Of a DNA stretch of 64,000 nucleotides, positions 58,192 through 64,000 are shown in pieces; the first letter of the stretch is position 1, and every line of letters starts with the position of its first letter. The translations under genes were made by a program, and so were the position numbers. The stretch comes from an uncultured Actinomycetota bacterium (GTDB lineage: Bacteria; Actinomycetota; Actinomycetes; Actinomycetales; Dermatophilaceae), in assembly GCA_963745335.1 (NCBI GenBank), contig CAVUXP010000010.1, positions 8,459 to 72,458 on the forward strand, written 5' to 3'. Under the pieces are notes generated by a model. The model was not told the DNA's origin and ran no database searches. It was given only the letters and a program-made list of their open reading frames with translations.

Positions 58192-58301
58192 CCCCGGAAC
58201 CTTCCGCGGGTGAAGTGCCACCTTCCGGGGTGAAGTGGCCCCGCGACCGGCCCGTGAAGTGGCCCCGCGACCGGCCCGTGAAGTGGCCGCGCGACCGGCC
58301 C
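58144..58301. repeat. family-B element copy 2 (inverted relative to copy 1) plus a 24-bp tandem repeat x3
   Basis: GGGAATGTGGCACTTGACCCCGGAACCTTCCGCGGGTGAAGTGCCAC ... then GTGAAGTGGCCCCGCGACCGGCCC at 58230, 58254 and 58278. Confidence 0.75.
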
Positions 58302-58318
58302 GCCACGTGGCCCGCCCG

Positions 58319-59179
58319 CTACTTGAGGAACTTGCTCGTCCGGCGATCCGCGAGGGGCTTGCCGCCCGTCTGGCACGTCGCGCAGTACTGCAGCGAGGAG
58401 TCGGCGAAGGACACCTCACGCACGACGTCACCGCACACGGGGCACGTCTCGCCGGTGCGCCCGTGCACCCGCATCCCCGCCCGCTTGGCGTCCTTGAGCT
58501 CCTTCGCCGGCTTGCCCGACGCGGCGGCGACGGCGGTGGTCAGCGTCTGGCGGAGCGCGGCATACAGGCTCTGGACGACCTCGGCCGGGAGCGTGTCGGC
58601 GATGGCGAACGGCGAGAGCCGGGCCGCGTGGAGGATCTCGTCGGAGTAGGCGTTGCCGATGCCGGCGATCGTCGACTGGTCGCGCAGGACGCCCTTGATC
58701 TGCGCGCGCCGTCCGGCGAGGATCCCGGCGAACGCCTCCTCGGTGAAGCCGTCGGCGAGCGGGTCGGGCCCGAGCGAGGCGATGCCCGGCACCTCCTGGG
58801 GGTCGGCGACGATGTATGCCGCGAGCCGCTTCTTCGTCCCCGCCTCCGTGAGGTCGAAGCCCGACCCGTCGGAGAAGCGCACTCGCATCGCGATGGGGGA
58901 CTTGCCCGGTCGGAGCATCGCCGTCGACACCTGGTCCGACCACCGCAACCATCCCGCTCGGGCGAGATGGAAGACGAGATGCGTTCCGCCGCAGTCGATG
59001 TCGAGGAACTTGCCGAACCGGGCGACGCCCTCGACGGGGGCCCCGACGAGCGCCTGCGGCGGCGGGTTGAAGGTCTTGAGCACCGAGATCGAGCCGATCT
59101 CGGCCCCGGTCACGGCCAGCCCGGAGGTCCGCTCGGCGAGGAAGTCGGCGAGGGCCTGCACCTCGGGCAGCTCGGGCAT
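58319..59179 (-). CDS. Fpg/Nei family DNA glycosylase/AP lyase
   Basis: MPELPEV catalytic N-terminus, H2TH IKGVLRDQSTIAGIGNAYSDEILH, and zinc finger CPVCG...CATC. Confidence 0.9.
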   Translation of the reverse strand: MPELPEVQALADFLAERTSGLAVTGAEIGSISVLKTFNPPPQALVGAPVEGVARFGKFLDIDCGGTHLVFHLARAGWLRWSDQVSTAMLRPGKSPIAMRVRFSDGSGFDLTEAGTKKRLAAYIVADPQEVPGIASLGPDPLADGFTEEAFAGILAGRRAQIKGVLRDQSTIAGIGNAYSDEILHAARLSPFAIADTLPAEVVQSLYAALRQTLTTAVAAASGKPAKELKDAKRAGMRVHGRTGETCPVCGDVVREVSFADSSLQYCATCQTGGKPLADRRTSKFLK

Positions 59180-59257
59180 GGGTTCAGTCTGCCTCAGCCC
59201 GGCGTCACCGGGACGGTCGCGCGCCGAGCCGACGCCCGGCGCGAGCGGACGTCACCG

Positions 59258-60325
59258 TCACCGGACGACCCGGCGGTCCTCGAGAACGGGACGCAGGAGA
59301 CGGGCCAGCTCGTAGCCGTCCCCACCCCGCAGCACCGGGACGGTGAGGTCGGTGTCCGGCGGCGGGCCGAGGTCGTCCGGCCCGACGGGGATGCCGTTGT
59401 TCATGACCTGCTCCCCGACCGACAGCTGGCGGATCGCGATGGCGCGCACCGCGTCGGGACGGGATGCCGCGAAATCGGTGTAGATGCGCGGGTCGTGCTG
59501 GCCGTCGTCGCCGATGAGGAGCCACTGGACGTGCGGCATCTCGCGAGCCAGCCGATGCAGCGCGCCGCGCTTGTGGGCCTGCCCGGAACGGAACCAGCCG
59601 TCGCTCGTCGGACCCCAGTCGGTGAGAAGCATCGGCCCGACGGGGAAGCCGTTGCGGCGCAGGAATCGCTCGAGGCTCGGGGCGGTGTTCCACGCCCCGG
59701 TCGAGAGGTAGATGATCGGCGCTCCCGGATGGGCGGCCACCAGCTCGCGGTACATCGTCGCCATCCCGGGCACCGCGCGGCGGGACCACTCGGAGCGGAC
59801 GAAGGTGTTCCACGCGGCGACCATCGGCTTGGGCAGCGACGTCGACAGGACGGTGTCGTCGATGTCGCTGATGATCCCGAACCGCTGGGTCGTCCCGGCG
59901 ACGAAGACCGGCAGCTCGACCGGCGTCGCGTCGAGCGAGGTGAGCGTCACGGACTGCCACCCCGTCCCGAGGCCGTGGCCGCGGACGGTGAGGTCGACCA
60001 GGCCCGCCCGGTCGGTCGCCGTCGTGATGGCCCGGTCGTTGACGAGGACGGTGACCGGGACGTCGACGGCCGGGGCGGTGACGAAGGCCCGCCAGCCGCG
60101 CTGGACCTCCTCGGCCGACCGGAGCCGGGCCGGGACCGGATGGTCGCTCTCGCCGTGGCCGCCGTGCCGGCTCATGAGCACCCGGCCGAGGATCCGGACG
60201 AAGCCGGACGTGCCGTAGCCGGTGTGCGGGACGATCCGGGTCCCCCAGCCGCGCTCGCGCAGGGTGTCGGCGACGCGCCGGTTGAGCGCGTCCTCGACGA
60301 TCGCAGCGGCGTGCGGCCGGGCCAT
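59258..60325 (-). CDS. App1-family (DUF2183) phosphatidate phosphatase-like protein
   Basis: GIISDIDDTVL (DxDxT), IYLSTGAWN, LLIGDDGQHDP. Confidence 0.8.
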   Translation of the reverse strand: MARPHAAAIVEDALNRRVADTLRERGWGTRIVPHTGYGTSGFVRILGRVLMSRHGGHGESDHPVPARLRSAEEVQRGWRAFVTAPAVDVPVTVLVNDRAITTATDRAGLVDLTVRGHGLGTGWQSVTLTSLDATPVELPVFVAGTTQRFGIISDIDDTVLSTSLPKPMVAAWNTFVRSEWSRRAVPGMATMYRELVAAHPGAPIIYLSTGAWNTAPSLERFLRRNGFPVGPMLLTDWGPTSDGWFRSGQAHKRGALHRLAREMPHVQWLLIGDDGQHDPRIYTDFAASRPDAVRAIAIRQLSVGEQVMNNGIPVGPDDLGPPPDTDLTVPVLRGGDGYELARLLRPVLEDRRVVR

Positions 60326-60492
60326 ACCGGAACTCTAGACAACCGGCCCGACCCCCGCGGCCCCTCGCCGCAACCGCCCCCATCGCTCGACCGCCCGCCG
60401 GGACGCGGAAGCCGCCCGTCGCCGGAGAACCTCCCCGGCGGACGACAACCGTCCCGTGCGTCCCTCCCGGCCCCCGTGCTTGAGTGGGTGGT

Positions 60493-61260
60493 ATGCCGCC
60501 CACCTACCGCAAGTCCTCCACCCACGTCCCACCGGGCTACTTCGCCTGGGAGGCGGCCGGGCTGCGCTGGCTCTCGGCCGCGAACGGCGCCCCGGCCGTC
60601 GGGGTCGTCGAGGTCGGCGACCACCACCTCGACCTCGTCCGGCTCGACGACGCGTCCCCCGACGCTGGCCACGCCGAGGCCCTGGGGCGCGGGCTGGCCC
60701 GCACCCACGACGCCGGGGCCGCGGCATACGGTGTCCCGCCGGACGGCTGGGAGGGCGACGGGTACCTCGGACCGCTGAGCGAGCCGCTGCCGCTCCCCCT
60801 CGAGCCCACCCCGACGTGGCGCGCCTTCTATGCCGAGCAGCGGATCCGGTTCACGGCCCGCCTCGGCCGCGACCGCGGCACCTACGACGCCGACGACATC
60901 GCCGCCTTCGAGCGGGTGGCGACGCGGCTCGAGGCGGGCGACCTCGACGAGCCCGAGCCGCCGGCACGGCTGCATGGCGACCTGTGGAGCGGAAACGTCA
61001 TGTGGACCCGCGACGGCGCCGTCCTCATCGACCCCGCGGCCCACGGTGGCCACCGGGAGACCGACCTCGCGATGCTTGCCCTCTTCGGCTGCCCGGGCCT
61101 GGAGCGGGTGCTCGCCGCCTACGACGAGGCCCACCCCCTCGCGGAGGGCTGGCGCGACCGGGTCCGGCTGCACCAGCTCCATCCGCTGATGATGCACGCG
61201 GTCCTGTTCGGCGGCGGCTACGTCCGGCAGAGCCTCGCGGTCGCCGACCACTACTCCTGA
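60493..61260 (+). CDS. fructosamine kinase family protein
   Basis: FAWEAAGLRWL ... RLHGDLWSGNVMW ... LIDPAAHGGHRETDLAML. GTG 60484 is an alternative start. Confidence 0.85.
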   Translation: MPPTYRKSSTHVPPGYFAWEAAGLRWLSAANGAPAVGVVEVGDHHLDLVRLDDASPDAGHAEALGRGLARTHDAGAAAYGVPPDGWEGDGYLGPLSEPLPLPLEPTPTWRAFYAEQRIRFTARLGRDRGTYDADDIAAFERVATRLEAGDLDEPEPPARLHGDLWSGNVMWTRDGAVLIDPAAHGGHRETDLAMLALFGCPGLERVLAAYDEAHPLAEGWRDRVRLHQLHPLMMHAVLFGGGYVRQSLAVADHYS

Positions 61261-61422
61261 CGCCCGTCCACCTCCCGACCGCCGTCCCGCCCTCCCTCCC
61301 GTGTGTCCGCGAAGACGGTCGCCATGGCGACCGGAAACCCGGACGCAAGGAGAGGGGACGGCGAGAGAGGGGCGGCGGCGAGAGGGGGCGGCGGCGTCGG
61401 GGGGCGGTGCGAGACTGACGCG

Positions 61423-62955
61423 ATGCAGCTCGCTGACCTCGTTGCGGCGACGACGGCCCTCGCCGCGACCCGGTCCCGCACGGCCAAGACCGCCGTCCTC
61501 GCCGAGCTGATGGCCGCGATGAGCCCGGACGAGGCCGAGGCCGCCGTCGGCATCCTCCTCGGCCGGCCGCGGCAGGGCCGGATCGGGATCGGCTGGCGCA
61601 CCCTGTATGCCGTCCGCGAGTCCGGCGAGGCGCCGCCCGCAGCGGGGCCCACGCTCACCGTCGCCGACGTCGACACCGCCCTCGTCCGGATCGTCGCCGC
61701 CGCCGGTCCCGGCTCGGCGGGCACCCGGCATACCGAGCTGGTCGGCCTGCTCGCCCGCGCCACGGAGGCGGAGCAGGACCTCCTCGGCCGGGCCCTCACC
61801 GGCGAGGTGCGCACCGGCGCCCTCGACGGTCTCGTCACCGACGCGCTCGCCCGCGCCGTCGACCGCCCGGTCGCCGAGGTCCGCCGGGCCGTCATGCTGA
61901 GCGGCACTCTCGGCGGCACGGTCCGGGCCGCCCTCGCCGATCCCGCGTCGCTCGCCGAGGTCGGCCTCGCCGTCGGCACGCCCGTCCAACCGATGCTCGC
62001 CTCGACCGCCACCGGTGTCGCGGCCGCCATCGCGACGACCGGGCGGGCCTCCGTCGAGTACAAGCTCGACGGCGCCCGGATCCAGGTCCACCGTCGCGGC
62101 GACGACGTCGGCGTCTACACCCGCAGCCTCGCCGACATCACCGGCCGGGTCCCCGAGATCGTCGAGGTCGCCCGCTCGCTCCCGGTCCACGAGGCCATCC
62201 TCGACGGCGAGACCCTGTCCCTCGACGAGGCCGGAGCGCCGCGACCGTTCCAGGAGACGATGAGCCGGTTCGGCGCGGAGGCCGCCCGCGAGGTGCTCCT
62301 CGCGCCGTGGTTCTTCGACGTCCTCCACGTCGACGGCGCCGACCTCATCGACCGGCCGCTGTCCGAGCGTCTCGAGGTCCTCGCCCGGATCGCCCCCGCG
62401 CACCGGATGCCCGGGCGGGTGACCGACGATCCCGAGGTCGCGCAACGGGTCATGGACGACGCCCTCGCCGCCGGGCACGAAGGCGTCGTCGTCAAGGACG
62501 TCGACTCCCCGTATGCCGCGGGCCGACGCGGCAAGAGCTGGGTCAAGGTCAAGCCCGTCCACACCTACGACCTCGTCGTCCTCGCCGCCGAGTGGGGCTC
62601 GGGGCGACGCCGGGGATGGCTGTCCAACCTCCACCTCGGCGCCGCGGACCCCGCGGGCGTCGCCGGGGAACCGGGCGGGTTCGTCATGGTGGGCAAGACC
62701 TTCAAGGGGCTCACCGACGAGACACTGCGCTGGCAGACCGAGACCTTCCCCGGCTACGAGGTGCGCAGCACCCGGCAGGCGCTGTTCCTCCGGCCCGAGA
62801 TCGTCGTCGAGATCGCGATCGACGGGGTGCAGCGGTCGAGCCGCTACCCCGGCGGCCTGGCCCTGCGCTTCGCCCGGGTCAAGCGGTACCGCCCGGACAA
62901 GTCCGCCGCCGAGGCCGACCGGATCGAGACCCTCCAGGCGATGCTCCGCAGCTGA
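61423..62955 (+). CDS. ligB: ATP-dependent DNA ligase (LigB type)
   Basis: Adenylation motif SVEYKLDGARIQVH, GHEGVVVKD, SWVKVKP, and the OB-fold tail LRFARVKRYRPDK. ATG 61423 within ORF 61303..62955. Confidence 0.9.
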   Translation: MQLADLVAATTALAATRSRTAKTAVLAELMAAMSPDEAEAAVGILLGRPRQGRIGIGWRTLYAVRESGEAPPAAGPTLTVADVDTALVRIVAAAGPGSAGTRHTELVGLLARATEAEQDLLGRALTGEVRTGALDGLVTDALARAVDRPVAEVRRAVMLSGTLGGTVRAALADPASLAEVGLAVGTPVQPMLASTATGVAAAIATTGRASVEYKLDGARIQVHRRGDDVGVYTRSLADITGRVPEIVEVARSLPVHEAILDGETLSLDEAGAPRPFQETMSRFGAEAAREVLLAPWFFDVLHVDGADLIDRPLSERLEVLARIAPAHRMPGRVTDDPEVAQRVMDDALAAGHEGVVVKDVDSPYAAGRRGKSWVKVKPVHTYDLVVLAAEWGSGRRRGWLSNLHLGAADPAGVAGEPGGFVMVGKTFKGLTDETLRWQTETFPGYEVRSTRQALFLRPEIVVEIAIDGVQRSSRYPGGLALRFARVKRYRPDKSAAEADRIETLQAMLRS

Positions 62956-63007
62956 GGAGGGTCGACACCCTCGCCGGCACCCACGGCATACCGGCGATAC
63001 TGGGCCG

Positions 63008-63700
63008 ATGAGCGAACGGATCACGGTTCCCACGTCCGACGGCCCGATGCCCGCCCAGCTGTGGCGTCCCGAGTCCGGCAGCGGGCCCGGTCTGCTCCTC
63101 GTCCAGGAGATCTTCGGCGTCAGCGCCTACATCCGGCAGCGCGCCGAGGACCTGGCGGCCCTCGGCTACGTCGTCCTCGCCCCGGAGCTGTTCTGGCGGC
63201 TCGGCGTCTCGGAGGTCCCGGCGGGGCCGGACATGCTCCAGGAGGGCATGGGCCTGGCCGGCCGGTTCGACTGGGAGAAGGGCGTCACCGACAGCGTCTC
63301 CGCCCTCTCCGCGCTGCGTGACCTGCCCGAGGTGACCGGCGAGGTCGGGGTGATCGGCTTCTGCTTCGGCGGCGGGATGGGCTTCAACGTCGCGGCCGTC
63401 GACGACCCCGCCGTGCTCGTGTCCTACTACGGCTCGGCGCTGCCCGGCCTGCTCGACCTCGCCCCGCAGGTGACCTGCCCGAGCCTGCACCACTTCGGGC
63501 TCGACGACGCCTACATCGGGGGGTCGACCCTCTCGGCGATCACCGACGCCATCACGCCGCAGGGCGCGGTCGTCGAGACCTACGAGGGCGCCGACCACGC
63601 GTTCGACAACCCGGACTTCGTCAACTTCCACGGCCCCGCGTCCGGAACAGCCTGGGAGCGGACGACGACCTTCCTCGCCGAGCACCTCCCCACCGGCTGA
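63008..63700 (+). CDS. dienelactone hydrolase family protein
   Basis: GLLLVQEIFGVSAYIRQ ... VIGFCFGGG ... GADHAFDNP. Confidence 0.85.
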   Translation: MSERITVPTSDGPMPAQLWRPESGSGPGLLLVQEIFGVSAYIRQRAEDLAALGYVVLAPELFWRLGVSEVPAGPDMLQEGMGLAGRFDWEKGVTDSVSALSALRDLPEVTGEVGVIGFCFGGGMGFNVAAVDDPAVLVSYYGSALPGLLDLAPQVTCPSLHHFGLDDAYIGGSTLSAITDAITPQGAVVETYEGADHAFDNPDFVNFHGPASGTAWERTTTFLAEHLPTG

Positions 63701-63742
63701 ACCGCCCCCCGCTCCCCGCACGCCCCGCTCCGCTCCCCCCCT

Positions 63743-63803
63743 GCAGGAACCTCTGCTAGCAGAGGTTCCTGCCGAACGGGGGTGTTGCAGCATGCCCGTT
63801 CGG
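63743..63803. repeat. 30-bp perfect palindrome followed by a second hairpin
   Basis: GCAGGAACCTCTGCTAGCAGAGGTTCCTGC (63743-63772), then CCGAACGGG-14 nt-CCCGTTCGG (63772-63803), 43 nt after the hydrolase stop. Confidence 0.7.
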
Positions 63804-63815
63804 CAGCAACCTGTC

Positions 63816-63958
63816 CGCCGATGGGCGGGGCGTCGGGCGGCGTCGGGCGGGCGTCGGGCGGTCGCCGACGGGCGGGGCGTCGGGCGGGCGTCGGGCGGGC
63901 GCCGACGGGCGGGGCGTCGGGCGGGCGTCGGGCGGTCGCCGATGGGCGGGGCGACGGG
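63816..63958. repeat. G-rich compound tandem repeat (units of about 37-47 bp, x3-4)
   Basis: CGCCGA(T/C)GGGCGGGGCGTCGGGCGGGCGTCGGGCGG(T)... repeated, with nested GGCGTCGGGCG sub-repeats. It runs towards the window edge. Confidence 0.75.
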
Positions 63959-64000
63959 AGCGGAGGCCCACGGGACACTCGACGGGCCGCCGATGGTCGC

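Noticed and set aside
58230-58301. Tandem repeats here and at 34602-34688 and 63816-63958 were considered as CRISPR arrays.
   Set aside because: The units are contiguous or separated only by short conserved linkers. There are no unique spacers of 25-40 bp and no cas genes in the window.

Overview
High-G+C (about 70-73% by eye) actinobacterial chromosomal segment with roughly 60 protein genes. I recognised no rRNA, tRNA, CRISPR array, transposase or integrase. Gene content is a mix. Core and housekeeping functions include gpsA, ackA-pta, a P-II protein, LigB-type DNA ligase, an Fpg/Nei glycosylase and Ogt. Small regulator-plus-effector modules include ArsR-AHSA1, SRPBCC-TetR-MOSC, a WYL regulator opposite a pentapeptide/DinB gene, ECF sigma-Ogt, and a histidine kinase with a LuxR-type response regulator. 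There is also a copper nitrite reductase (nirK) cluster, a K+ channel/ClC channel pair, and a lower-GC segment of about 7.6 kb carrying a SARP regulator with tailoring-type enzymes. Four observations matter most. (1) About twenty genes, including pta and ackA, are interrupted by single-base frame shifts, at least five of them at G5/C5 runs. The supplied ORF track therefore splits many real genes, and I rejoined fragments by reading across frames. (2) The octamer CGGCATAC/GTATGCCG occurs about once per kb, far above expectation. It almost always sits on Ala-Tyr or Tyr-Ala using otherwise rare codons. (3) Two families of interspersed hairpin repeats occur in intergenic DNA. Inverted arrays of one family bracket the K+ channel/ClC pair. 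(4) A membrane-anchored patatin-like protein lacks the usual nucleophile-bearing N-terminus. All product names are inferred from motifs I recognise in the translations. No database search was run, and coordinates of frame-shifted genes are my reconstructions.
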